Source: an uncultured candidate division Zixibacteria bacterium (lineage in GTDB: Bacteria; Zixibacteria; MSB-5A5; UBA10806). Taken from it: a stretch of 64,000 nucleotides of DNA. The notes under the pieces are model-generated. The model was not told the DNA's origin. It did not search any database and worked only from the letters and a program-made list of their open reading frames with translations. Where the stretch lies: contig CAWDFP010000006.1 in assembly GCA_963801605.1 (NCBI GenBank), forward strand, positions 384,001 through 448,000, in the 5' to 3' direction. Position 1 is the first letter of the stretch, and each line of letters begins with the position of its first letter. Below, in pieces: positions 53,741 to 64,000 of this stretch. The translations under genes were made by a program, and so were the position numbers.

Positions 53741-54625
53741 GTGCGGCAGGAGCGAGATTATAGAATGACTTTAGGTAAAAATAAATTAGGTACGGCTATT
53801 CGAATATCGATAATTATTTTATTTTTTTCGATTTTTCCATCGATACAATCCAACTCTCAGATTATTCAACCGGGACCGCCTCCTGAGCTTAAGGGCGTTG
53901 ATGTCACCGAGCATTTGGGAGAGAAGATTCCGCTCGATCTTACTTTTACCAATGATGCCGGCGAAAAAGTGCCGCTTGGCCAGTACTTCAATCAAGGCAA
54001 GCCGGTAATTATCGTCATGGCTTATTATACCTGCCCGATGCTCTGTACCCTGGTGTTAAATGGGGTCGCTACCGGATTGCACAATCTGGACCTGGAGCCG
54101 GGCAAAGATTTTCAGGTACTCACGATTAGCATCGACACATCAGAAACGGTTGAGCTGGCCAAAGCCAAAAAAGAAAATCTCTTGACTGTTCTGGGCAAAG
54201 CCGGGGGTGATTCCGGTTGGCGTTTTTTTGTGGGCGAAGAATCTCAAATCCGCGCTCTGGCCGACACGCTTGGCTTTCACTACTATTATGACAAAAAACT
54301 AAAGCAGTTTGCTCATCCGGCGGTTGTTATGGTTCTCACTCCCGATGGCCGTATTTCCCGCTATCTCTACGGAGTTGAATTTAAGAAACAGGATCTGAAA
54401 TTAGCGCTCCTGGAAGCCTCCGAGGGAAAACTCGGCACAACTATTGATCGCATAATTTTGTACTGCTATCATTATAATCCTGACGCTAAGGGCTATGTCC
54501 TGTTTGCCGCCAATCTCATGAAGTTGGGTGGCGTTCTGACTATTATTGTTATTGGATTAATGTTATTTATATTGTGGCGCCGTGAAATCAAAAAGAAGCC
54601 CATGCATACAATCGCTCAAGGATAA
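53741..54625 (+). CDS. SCO family copper chaperone
   Basis: CPMLC, FAHP, RYLYG, C-terminal TM. Confidence 0.88.
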   Translation: MRQERDYRMTLGKNKLGTAIRISIIILFFSIFPSIQSNSQIIQPGPPPELKGVDVTEHLGEKIPLDLTFTNDAGEKVPLGQYFNQGKPVIIVMAYYTCPMLCTLVLNGVATGLHNLDLEPGKDFQVLTISIDTSETVELAKAKKENLLTVLGKAGGDSGWRFFVGEESQIRALADTLGFHYYYDKKLKQFAHPAVVMVLTPDGRISRYLYGVEFKKQDLKLALLEASEGKLGTTIDRIILYCYHYNPDAKGYVLFAANLMKLGGVLTIIVIGLMLFILWRREIKKKPMHTIAQG

Positions 54626-54643
54626 AAATTATTTGGAATAAAG

Positions 54644-55621
54644 ATGGATACCACCGGAACATTTATTCTACCGCCAGCCAGTTCAACCATTGCGCCCGAG
54701 GTTGATACCCTTTTTTATGCAATCCTGGGTGTGAGTATTTTCTTTTTTGTTATTGTCGTTGGGGCCGCAATATTTTTTACATTGAAATATCGGCGTCGCG
54801 GGCAGATCGATCTGAAGGTCCAGGCCGATCACAACACTACTCTGGAAATAGTCTGGACTGTTATTCCTCTAATAATCGTGATGATTATCTTTGCTATGGG
54901 TTTCAGGGTATATCTTAAGCAATATGTTGCCCCCAAGGATTCGCTGGAAATCAAACTTACAGCCCAGCGCTGGACCTGGAATTTTACCTATCCCAACGGC
55001 GCCAATAGTAACGAACTTGTGGTCCCGGCCGGAAAACCGGTTAAGCTGCTGATGTCATCTCTTGATGTCATTCATGGTTTTTATGTCCCCGATTTTCGTA
55101 TCAAGCAGGATGTCTTGCCAAATCGCTATACCACTATCTGGTTTGAGGCTCCTGATCCAGGCGAACATGTTCTTACCTGCACTCAGTATTGCGGGCTGGG
55201 GCATTCTGCTATGATGAGTAAGGTGCGAGTCCTTCCTCAAAGCGAATATGATAAGTGGCTGGCCACGAGCAGTGGCAGCCCGGCCGCCGGAGTTTCACCG
55301 GAAAAATATGGAGAATCGCTTTATAAATCTAAGGGATGCGTTAGTTGTCATACAATCGATGGCACCGCCAGCGTAGGCCCAACATTCAAGTCTCTCTTCG
55401 GCACCAAGGTCACCCTGGAAGGCGACAGAGTAATGACTGTTGACGAAAATTATATCAGAACCTGCATCCTGGAACCCGAGAAGATTAGAGTCAAAGGATT
55501 TCCCCCCGTAATGCCGACTTTTCAAGGAACCTTGAACAACAATGATATTGATGCCATCATTGCTTTTATTAAATCGATGTCAGAAGAGGCCGGAGAGGGG
55601 CATCCGGGAGATAAAAAATGA
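54644..55621 (+). CDS. coxB: Cytochrome c oxidase subunit II with fused cytochrome c (caa3 type)
   Basis: DVIH, CTQYCGLGHSAM CuA site, CVSCH..MP. Confidence 0.93.
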   Translation: MDTTGTFILPPASSTIAPEVDTLFYAILGVSIFFFVIVVGAAIFFTLKYRRRGQIDLKVQADHNTTLEIVWTVIPLIIVMIIFAMGFRVYLKQYVAPKDSLEIKLTAQRWTWNFTYPNGANSNELVVPAGKPVKLLMSSLDVIHGFYVPDFRIKQDVLPNRYTTIWFEAPDPGEHVLTCTQYCGLGHSAMMSKVRVLPQSEYDKWLATSSGSPAAGVSPEKYGESLYKSKGCVSCHTIDGTASVGPTFKSLFGTKVTLEGDRVMTVDENYIRTCILEPEKIRVKGFPPVMPTFQGTLNNNDIDAIIAFIKSMSEEAGEGHPGDKK

Positions 55622-57229
55622 ATGAGTTACCAAAAACTAATTTTCTCAACAGCCCCAAGGGCTTGAAAAGCTGGCTGTTGACAAAAGATCATAAACGAAT
55701 CGGTATCCTTTATTTGATTGGAATATGTACGTCCTTTCTGTTGGGCGGCATTTTTGCGATGTTGATTCGCATTCAGCTTTTGCATCCCAGTGGCGGCGGT
55801 ATAATGGGGCCTCAAACATACAACCAGATGTTTACCCTGCACGGGGCAATAATGATCTTCCTCTTTATAATTCCGGGAATTCCCGCGTCCCTGGGAAATT
55901 TCGTTCTGCCTCTGATGTTAGGCGCCAAAGACGTAGCCTTTCCCAGGCTGAATCTGGCCAGTTGGTATATATATATGATCGGCGCCATCATGGCGGTTGT
56001 CGCTATGCTGACCGGGCTCGGTTGATACCGGCTGGACATTTTATACGCCATATAGCACTTCAACCGGCGGCGCGGTTGTGATGATGACCATGGCCATTTT
56101 TGTGCTTGGCTTTTCATCAATTTTTACCGGTTTGAATTTTATCGTTACGATCCATAAATTGCGGGCGCCGGGCCTGACCTGGTTTAAGCTGCCGCTGTTT
56201 GTCTGGTCGTTGTATGCCACCGCTATTATCCAGATTGTAGCCACTCCGGTTCTGGGAATTACACTGGTCCTCCTGGCTCTGGAGAGAATTGTAGGACTGG
56301 GAATATTCGATCCTGCTTTGGGAGGAGATCCAGTCCTCTTCCAGCATTTTTTCTGGTTTTACTCTCATCCCGCGGTTTATATCATGATTCTGCCCGCCAT
56401 GGGGATTATAAGCGAGCTTATCCCGGTATTTTCGCACAAGAAGATTTTCGGTTACCGAGCCATTGCATATTCCAGTTTTGGAATTGCCTTTATAAGTTTT
56501 CTGGTTTGGGGCCATCATATGTTTGTCAGCGGCCAATCGCAGGTCGCCGCCATGATTTTCTCGTTTTTAACATTCTTAGTGGCAATTCCCTCGGGGATCA
56601 AGGTTTTCAATTGGATCGCCACCATGTACAAAGGAGCAATCAGTCTGGAAACTCCTATGCTCTATGCTTTGTCATTTCTATTCCTTTTCACAATTGGAGG
56701 TTTAACCGGACTTTTCCTGGGCGCTCTGGCCACCGATGTTCACCTCACCAATACTTATTTTGTTGTAGCTCATTTTCATTATGTCATGGTTGGAGGAACC
56801 GTCATGGCGTTTCTGGGAGGCCTGCACTACTGGTGGCCGAAAATGTTTGGCAGGATGTATAACGTATTTTGGTCAAGAATCTCGACCGGATTGGTTTTCG
56901 TAGGTTTTAATATTACATTTTTCACGCAGTTTATTCTGGGCACCAGAGGCATGCCGCGTCGCTACTATAGCTATCTTCAGCAGTTCCAACCGTTGCATTA
57001 TTATTCAACCATCGGATCCTGGATTCTGGCGCTGGGATTTGTAATTATGGCCATCTATCTAATACATGCAATATTCAAGGGCCGGCCTACCGGCGATAAT
57101 CCCTGGGGCGGCCTGACCTTAGAATGGGCAACAACCTCGCCTCCCCCAACCGAGAATTTTAAAGAAGCGCCAATCGTAACTCATGGCCCCTATGACTATG
57201 ATTTGGTAATCGCTAAACCGACAATATGA
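55618..57229 (+). CDS. coxA: Cytochrome c oxidase subunit I, type A2; one apparent extra G near 56013
   Basis: DHKRIG, TLHG, corrected [17 protein letters not shown] (A2 YS motif), WGHHM, HFHY, GMPRR. Confidence 0.93.
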
Positions 57230-57233
57230 TTTG

Positions 57234-57894
57234 ATGGGAAAAATCGTGGATCACGAGGAAACATACCCAAATTCTCTGGCGCATCATTTCAGCTCGATGC
57301 GAACAACAGCGCGATGCCGCCAAACTTGGGATGTGGATTTTTATCCTGACGGAACTTCTCCTTTTCGGCGGTCTCTTTGTAGCTTATACGATTTTTCGAG
57401 TATTAAACCCCGAAACTTTTTATAATGCCCATAAAGAGCTAAACCTCACTCTTGGCACCATAAACACAATCATACTAATAACCAGCTCAGTCACAATTGC
57501 CCTGGCAATTCATTTTATTCAGATTGGAAAGAAATCCCGAACCCTGATCCTTCTTTTTTGTACCCTGGCCTTAGCGGCGGGATTTTTGGTAATCAAATAT
57601 TTCGAATATAGCCATAAGTTTGAACTCGGCCAGCTTCCGGGGAAATTTTACACCTATACCGGAGTGGCGGGTAATAATCCGCATATCTTTTTCTCGATAT
57701 ATTTCCTCATGACCGGTCTGCATGCCTTTCATATTATCGCAGGGATGGTTGTAATCAGTCTCATGATTTATAAGACCTCGAAAAGCAGGTTTTCACCTTC
57801 ATACTATACTCCACTGGAATTAACCGGCCTTTACTGGCATCTGGTAGACCTGATCTGGATTTTTTTGTTTCCACTCCTTTACTTGATAGGATAA
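57234..57894 (+). CDS. coxC: Cytochrome c oxidase subunit III; one apparent extra base near 57300
   Basis: AHHF..EQQRDAAKLGMWIF..E..LFGGLF; TGLHA.H; LYWH.VD..W. Confidence 0.9.
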
Positions 57895-57904
57895 AATCGT
57901 TGCG

Positions 57905-58324
57905 ATGAACCAGGAAGTAAAATCTCGTCAGGACCATATAACCTCGGTAAAGGTATATCTATTGGTAGGGATAACTCTTTTAATTCTCACCGGCTTAACC
58001 GTTAAGGTTTCGACTATTCATTTGGGAGCCTGGAACGCTATTGCGGCTTTGGCAATTGCCAGCACCAAGGCCCTGTTAGTGGCGCTATTTTTTATGCATC
58101 TATTGCACGATAAGCGGATCTATGCGGTGATAATGAGCGCCGCCCTGATTTTTCTCGGAATTTTTCTCGGACTGACTATGGCCGATGTCCTTCGTCGCGG
58201 CGATATAAATCAGAACGAGGCTCAGCCGATAAAACCTGAAGCCGGATTTTATTCACATCCCAAAAGTGATACAACCGTCGCTATACCAAGCCCCGGTTCG
58301 GAGGATTCATCACAAGTACATTAA
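57905..58324 (+). CDS. coxD: Cytochrome c oxidase subunit IV
   Basis: Three TM; KA.LV..FFMHL. Confidence 0.85.
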   Translation: MNQEVKSRQDHITSVKVYLLVGITLLILTGLTVKVSTIHLGAWNAIAALAIASTKALLVALFFMHLLHDKRIYAVIMSAALIFLGIFLGLTMADVLRRGDINQNEAQPIKPEAGFYSHPKSDTTVAIPSPGSEDSSQVH

Positions 58325-58384
58325 TTTGAAATGAGCGGTTTTGATGGGAATAATCTTTAATTCAAATGCCAATAGGGGGAGAGC

Positions 58385-59329
58385 GTGAAAATATTCCGAC
58401 GATTTGCGTTATTTTCAACCCTTGCGACCTATCTTCTGATTTTCGTTGGAGGCATGGTGCGCGTTTCAGGGGCTGGAATGGGCTGCCCGGATTGGCCTAA
58501 ATGTTTTGGTCGATGGTTTCCACCCACTAATATCAGCCAACTGCCCCCGGGTACTGACCCCAGCCAATTCAATTTTATCCTGGCCTGGATCGAATACTTT
58601 AATCGTTTGGTCGGAGTCATGGTTGGAACCCTGGTGTTAATTACGGCCATTCTGGCGATAGTTTTTTGCCGCAAATATCCGAGAATTATTTATCCAATGT
58701 TGGCGGCGTTTCTGTTAGTCTGTTATCAGGCCTGGCAGGGAGGTCAGATAGTTGCCTCGAATCTCGAGCCTCTGCTGGTCTCTTTGCATTTGGTGATCGC
58801 CCTCATTATCGCCAGCATTCTAATCTATGTAACTCAAAAAACTTATTATCTGGAAAATCCCACGGCAGAGGAACACTCCAGCTACCCTCGTCAAGTCATA
58901 AACTGGATCGGAGTGCTTTGGACCGTTGGCATGCTGCAAGTGATTCTTGGTACTCAGGTACGTTCCGGCTTTGAGATTTTAGCGGGGAAATATCCGCTTC
59001 TGGATAAGGCGGCCCTGGTCGGCCAGAGCGGGCCGCAGGCATATATGCATGCTATTCTGGGTCTTCTGGTGGCTATTTTGACCTGGTATGCGGGAAATAT
59101 GATTCTTCGTCAGAGCAAGGAACCATCCAGCCTGGTTCGTGAGGGAATTTGGGTGATGATGCTTTTGGTGCTGGCCCAAATTACTATCGGGGTTGTTCTA
59201 TTTGTGGCCGCCTTACCGTCTCTTTTACAGCTTTTCCACCTCTGGATAGCAAGTCTTTATATAGGCACGGTGTTTGTGTTATATCTGGCCTTTAGAAAGA
59301 GCCTTGGAGGTGTTCGTGAAACCCGATAA
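58385..59329 (+). CDS. ctaA: Heme A synthase (COX15/CtaA)
   Basis: G.GMGCPDWPKC, EY.NR, conserved His in TM segments. Confidence 0.88.
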   Translation: MKIFRRFALFSTLATYLLIFVGGMVRVSGAGMGCPDWPKCFGRWFPPTNISQLPPGTDPSQFNFILAWIEYFNRLVGVMVGTLVLITAILAIVFCRKYPRIIYPMLAAFLLVCYQAWQGGQIVASNLEPLLVSLHLVIALIIASILIYVTQKTYYLENPTAEEHSSYPRQVINWIGVLWTVGMLQVILGTQVRSGFEILAGKYPLLDKAALVGQSGPQAYMHAILGLLVAILTWYAGNMILRQSKEPSSLVREGIWVMMLLVLAQITIGVVLFVAALPSLLQLFHLWIASLYIGTVFVLYLAFRKSLGGVRETR

Positions 59330-59921
59330 CAAATTTCCAATAGTGCTTTTAGTCGGGGTGCTGGTTTCGTTTATCCTGGGGATTACAGCTCTATTGGTGA
59401 TAACAATCGCGGCTAAGTCTCGCTCCAATCTGCCGATATTGGGACAGGTTCCGGATTTTGAATTCGTCAAGCAGGATGGTACTCCTTTCGGCTTACACGA
59501 TATGCAAGGCAAAATTAATGTCGTCGATTTCATATTCACATCCTGCCGCGAGGCTTGCCCCCTGATGAGCGGCAATATGGTTCGTCTCTACCAGCAGTAT
59601 GACAATGTGGGGAAAGTGCAGTTTGTCTCCATCTCTGTTGACCCGGACCGCGATTCATTGAAAGTGCTACAAAATTACGCCGGAGCGATGGGCGTTAATG
59701 ATAATCGATGGGTATTTCTCTGGAAACCGATAGATGAGGTTGCCACGCTTTCTGAAAAGGGGTTCATGCTATCATCGCAGAACCTTCCCGAGGGCCATAG
59801 CAGTAAGTTTGCTCTCGTCGATGGTAAAGCCCGGATACGAGGTTATTACGACGGCTTAAATGATCTTGATATGAAACTTCTGGCGCGGGATATCAATCAA
59901 CTGGTCCGGTCCGGTCAATGA
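59316..59921 (+). CDS. Second SCO family protein
   Basis: FTSCREACP, SVDP..D, H..F.LVD..IRG.Y. Confidence 0.88.
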   Translation: MKPDNKFPIVLLVGVLVSFILGITALLVITIAAKSRSNLPILGQVPDFEFVKQDGTPFGLHDMQGKINVVDFIFTSCREACPLMSGNMVRLYQQYDNVGKVQFVSISVDPDRDSLKVLQNYAGAMGVNDNRWVFLWKPIDEVATLSEKGFMLSSQNLPEGHSSKFALVDGKARIRGYYDGLNDLDMKLLARDINQLVRSGQ

Positions 59922-60331
59922 CGATAAGGGATCTTCCGACTTTAAATGCCTTGCTTAACCTTATAAGCGCGGTTTTACTTTTTACAGGCCGATTTGAAAT
60001 TAAGCATCAGCGCGCTGACCTGCATAAACGGATTATGCTTTCGGCAATGGTCTCATCGATGCTATTTCTTATCAGTTATTCAATTTATCATGCCGCGGTA
60101 GGCTCGGTTCCGTATGCGCATTACAATTGGACTCGTCCGCTTTACTTTACGATCCTTATTCCCCATGTGTTTCTGGCCGGTATGATGGTGCCGTTTATAA
60201 TCATGGCCATTTATTATGCGTTTCATGAACGATTCGATCGTCATAAACAAATCGTTCGAATTGTCTGGCCGGTTTGGATATTTGTTTCGATAAGCGGGAT
60301 TGCGGTGTATGTGATGCTGTATCGTTTATAA
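59918..60331 (+). CDS. DUF420 membrane protein
   Basis: LPTLNA.LN, H..M, FL..Y..YH, W..VS..G..VY. Confidence 0.85.
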   Translation: MTIRDLPTLNALLNLISAVLLFTGRFEIKHQRADLHKRIMLSAMVSSMLFLISYSIYHAAVGSVPYAHYNWTRPLYFTILIPHVFLAGMMVPFIIMAIYYAFHERFDRHKQIVRIVWPVWIFVSISGIAVYVMLYRL

Positions 60332-60481
60332 TACTGCTCTGTCTCAATAAAACTTTCCTAAATATTTGCCCCTTATGCGGCTTATGCGTATATTAAAAAG
60401 GATAGCCGGAAATCGTATTAAGAATGATATATCGTTCCGGCAAAACGGATCAAAGATTGACCAAAAAAAGAGAGAACGCGC

Positions 60482-62431
60482 GTGAGAGCAAAAGATCGCT
60501 GTATACCAAAAAGCCTTAGTGCTTTTTTCACAATCATAACAACTATATCAGCATTATGGATAGCGCCCTTCGCATTGGCACAGGATAAAGCCAACACCCC
60601 CGATGCTATCTCCAGCGCCGAGCCGGTTTCCATCGAGGCTTACTCATCCCGGGATAAAATCGCGCCGGGCGATAGACTCTTTTTAGCTCTCAAAGTAACT
60701 GTTGGCGCCGGTTGGCATATCAATTCCAACAGGCCGGGCGAGGAGTTCCTCATCCCCACCGAGGTCAGTCTCGGCGAGGACGCGCCTGTTACCGTGGAGA
60801 ATTTGATTTATCCCGAGGCTAAAAGCAAGCGTTTCGCTTTCAGCCCGGAAGCCCCGCTTTCTATATTCGATGGCACCGTTTGGATTAAGGTAATATTATT
60901 GATAAATAAGGATGCCACGGCCGGGTTAATTTCTATTCCGGTGCAAATTATCACGCAGGCATGCGATGACCGCTCATGCGTAGCGCCAACCACTCAGACT
61001 TTCTCGATTCCCATAGAAATTGCTCCGGGAGTGACCGTATCGGAGGCGTCGTCACGTTGACATATTCAAATCCTTGGGTATGATGTCGGAGGTTATCCCG
61101 CCGGAAATTACGCCACCTGCCCCCGCCATATCGACCACTTCGCCGGAGACTACACCTCAGGGCAAGGTCGGGTTCTTTGGAATGATGAAGAATTTCAAAG
61201 CTCAGGATTTCGTTGATCGTTATGGATATATCCTGGCCTTTATCGCCATGTATCTTTTGGGACTGGGACTGACTCTTACCCCTGTGTTTACCCGATAATT
61301 CCAATAACTATAGGTTATTTTGGCTCGCAATCGTCGGGCAAGTGGACCAGACAACTTTTAATGGCATCGGTATTTGGTTTGGGTATAGCTATAAGTTACG
61401 CAGCGGTGGGAACGGTTGCTGCCTTTTCAGGTTCGCTGATGGGCGCCGCCCTGCAAAGCAGTTGGGTACTGGCGGCATTGGCCACCCTTTGCGTTGTAAT
61501 GGGGCTTAACGCCTTTGGCTTGTTCGAAATTGCTCTTCCGGGCTGGTTAATGAATTTGGCAGGCGGCGGTTCCAGGCGCGGGGTGGCCGGAGCAGCTTTA
61601 ATGGGCCTCACTATGGGGATCGCGGCGGCCCCCTGCCTGGCGGCTTTTATCGTGAGCCTGCTGGCGTTCGTAGGACAAAAAGGCGATCCGATTCTTGGTT
61701 TTTCCATGTTTTTTGTTCTTGGCCTCGGGTTGGCGACTCCTTTTATCGCGCTTGGCACCTTCTCCGGACTCATTTCGAAAGTGCCCAAATCTGGCGCCTG
61801 GATGGTTTATGCCAAGAAGGTTATGGGTGGGCTGTTATTTGCAGCCGCGCTTTATTTCCTAAATCCTGTGCTCCCAAAACCGTTGCATCATTCAATTGTA
61901 GCAGTAGCCCTGACAGCCGCGGGGCTTTATTTCGGGTTTTTCGAACCGACTCCTGCCAAAACCTGGCGATTCAAAGCTTTCCGTTATCTTTTCGCAATCA
62001 TTTTTATCGGGGGGGCGATCTGGTGGGGGATCCCCGCCAAAGAGGTTGTGCAAGAGGGCGGAATCGCCTGGCAAAAATATTCCACGGACGCGATCTCCAA
62101 AGCCGCATCCGATAAAAAACCGGTGATTATCGATTTCTATGCCGACTGGTGTATCCCATGTAAGGAACTCGATAAATTCTCGTTCTCCGATAAACGAGTG
62201 GTTGCTGTCAGCCAGGGTTTCGTGATGCTAAAGGCCGACCTTACCAAAGCAAATTCCGATGAGGTCAAGGGACTGATCGCACAATACGGCATCAGAGGCG
62301 TTCCGACCGTGATCTTTATTAGCGCTGACGGCCAGGAGATAACCGCGCTTCGTATCAACCAGTTTGAAAAAGCAGATCTGGTATTAGGTCGATTCAATTC
62401 CCTGGCAATGACCGGCGGTAATGCCGGGTAA
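60482..62431 (+). CDS. dsbD: Thiol:disulfide interchange protein DsbD (two apparent indels near 61055 and 61280)
   Basis: GWHINS..QACDDRSC; corrected LTPCVYPIIPI; APC; DFYADWCIPCK thioredoxin domain. Confidence 0.88.
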
Positions 62432-62545
62432 AATTCACGGTTTTAACTAAGCCTGAATAATACAACGATAAAAATTTCGCCTACCCGGCCAAAATAAGGC
62501 GATTCTCGCTTGTTTTTTTCCATCAAATATTATAAATACAGCGCG

Positions 62546-62875
62546 ATGAAAAAATATATGTCGATCTGCCTGACGGCAGTACTGGTGATAATATTCCTTG
62601 TGGGAATGCTGGCCTGCGTTAAGAAAAAAGATACCAGGACGCTCAATGAAAGAAATCGGTCGGTTGAACAGGTTTTCGATATTCATCGTGACAGCCTGCT
62701 TTCGATACCCGGTGTAGTCGGAGCTGGAATCGCCAAATTCGAAGATAAACCTTGCATCATAATCATGGTAAATCAAAAATCGCAATACGAAGCGGGGCAA
62801 ATCCCTAAAGAGCTTGACGGATATAAGGTTATCGTTCGCGAAACAGGCGAATTTAAGGCTCTCGATAGCCTCTAG
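62546..62875 (+). CDS. Small hypothetical lipoprotein
   Basis: Lipobox LAC; IPGVVG.GI..IP.ELDGY.V..ETGEF.AL. Confidence 0.65.
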   Translation: MKKYMSICLTAVLVIIFLVGMLACVKKKDTRTLNERNRSVEQVFDIHRDSLLSIPGVVGAGIAKFEDKPCIIIMVNQKSQYEAGQIPKELDGYKVIVRETGEFKALDSL

Positions 62876-62936
62876 TGTTATTATTTCCGGCTTTAAATAT
62901 CATTTTATATATTTTAATAATTTTATTAAATAATGC

Positions 62937-62965
62937 TTGACACATTGCTCCATGTAATGTAATTT
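62937..62965 (+). promoter_or_regulatory. Sigma70 promoter
   Basis: TTGACA-17-TAATTT upstream of the AAGGAG RBS. Confidence 0.55.
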
Positions 62966-63007
62966 TTCATCAGCGAGAGTTTTCGTACTTTACAAAGGAG
63001 CGCCGAC

Positions 63008-63859
63008 ATGAATAAGATCTTTTGCCTATTGGCAGTAATCTTGCTTTTGGGCGTTTCAGCGTTTGGGCAGGACCCCGTCATGCAGGATAGTGTTATTCTC
63101 GGTTCCGCTTTCGCCGAGTCAACTGGATCAATAAGCTATGTCACCATTCCGGTCTACCTGGTCACCGATGATTCGGTCATGTTCTATCACTTCGCCATAA
63201 GCTGGGCATCCTCAATTGGAGGAGTCTATGGCGATACAGGTACCATATATTATCCGCCCTGGGATTGCCCCGAATCGCATCGCGATACGGTTTATTTAAG
63301 CAGAGAGTATATCGATTTTATCAGTTTTGGGAATCTTGGTCTGCCCTGTGATACGTTCTTTTATACAAACGGTGTTAGGTCCCATCTTCTTGATTTTCGT
63401 TTCGCGATCGAACCCAATGCGCCCAACCAAACAGTCGTTCTCGATTCTACATTCGATGATAGAAATCGTTCGCTGCTGTTTGGCCTGCCCGACGGCATCC
63501 AAAGTTTCGTGCCCGCATTCCAGCCCGGCCATATCTTTATTGGGCTTTTCCAAAATACGGATGGCAACGAGCGTTTGCCATTGACCTTTGATCTGCGCCA
63601 AAACTATCCAAACCCCTTCAATCCATCGACTATAGTTGAATTCTCTTTGAAGGATGGACATGAAACATCTCTGACAATATTCGATATCCTGGGCAGAAAA
63701 GTGCGGGCGTTTCTGGAGGGGTACCTTGAGGCCGGGGCATACTCATTGACGTGGAATGGACAGGATGAAACGGGAAACAACGTGCCGTCGGGAATATATT
63801 TCTATAAACTAACAGCGGGCGATTATTCGCAAATAAAGAGAATGGCGTTGATACGATAG
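63008..63859 (+). CDS. Secreted protein with a beta-sandwich (possibly cohesin-like) domain and a FlgD-Ig/T9SS-type C-terminal domain
   Basis: Signal peptide; QNYPNPFNPST..IFDILGRKV..WNGQD..SGIYFY..KRMALIR. Confidence 0.8.
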   Translation: MNKIFCLLAVILLLGVSAFGQDPVMQDSVILGSAFAESTGSISYVTIPVYLVTDDSVMFYHFAISWASSIGGVYGDTGTIYYPPWDCPESHRDTVYLSREYIDFISFGNLGLPCDTFFYTNGVRSHLLDFRFAIEPNAPNQTVVLDSTFDDRNRSLLFGLPDGIQSFVPAFQPGHIFIGLFQNTDGNERLPLTFDLRQNYPNPFNPSTIVEFSLKDGHETSLTIFDILGRKVRAFLEGYLEAGAYSLTWNGQDETGNNVPSGIYFYKLTAGDYSQIKRMALIR

Positions 63860-63881
63860 ATAAAATCTCGAGGAGAGGCTA

Positions 63882-64000
63882 ATGAAACCCTTAATTTATT
63901 TAATCATCGTCTTGCTGACCTTTCTATCAATTGCCCAGGGCCAGGAGCGGGACAGCCTGATTATCGAGGGCGCAAATATTGATTCGGGCGCGGCGGCTGC
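63882..64000 (+). CDS. Secreted protein, 5' part (truncated by the window end); possible paralog of the preceding gene
   Basis: GAGGAG RBS; MKPLIYLIIVLLTFLSIAQG|QERDSLIIEGA resembles QDSVILGSA. Confidence 0.6.
   Translation, partial: MKPLIYLIIVLLTFLSIAQGQERDSLIIEGANIDSGAAA

Noticed and set aside
56020..56030. TGA in coxA (also 35744 and 61058) as selenocysteine or stop read-through
   Set aside because: The conserved sequence resumes in a different frame, so these are indels rather than recoded stops.

Overview
Bacterial chromosomal segment of moderate GC from a diderm (kdsA, kdsB, outer-membrane barrel). Cys-rich dockerin-like tails and an NYPNPFN-type C-terminal domain suggest a Zixibacteria-like FCB lineage (inference only). 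It is mostly housekeeping and metabolism: kdsB-pyrG-kdsA, gcvT, comB, malic enzyme, acs, glnA, nnr, ADP-forming acyl-CoA synthetase. A 16-kb respiratory operon encodes alternative complex III, an A2-type caa3 oxidase and assembly factors. About ten conserved genes carry single-base indels, best read as long-read consensus errors. The most notable items are: (1) an SRA-HNH nuclease gene split in its HNH motif by a 556-bp antisense LVIVD-repeat fragment bounded by a 15-bp direct repeat, whose excision would restore the gene; (2) an spt-bcerS-cerR-like ceramide locus with a coupled PLP enzyme; (3) a di-heme peroxidase plus Cyc2/ExtI-like heme-porin operon; (4) a stand-alone secreted dockerin, a dockerin-tagged beta-propeller and a possibly cohesin-like secreted protein; (5) three small AT-rich, defence-like islets. 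Rex-like boxes and several apparently leaderless promoters are also present. No rRNA, tRNA, CRISPR array or intact transposase/integrase was seen.
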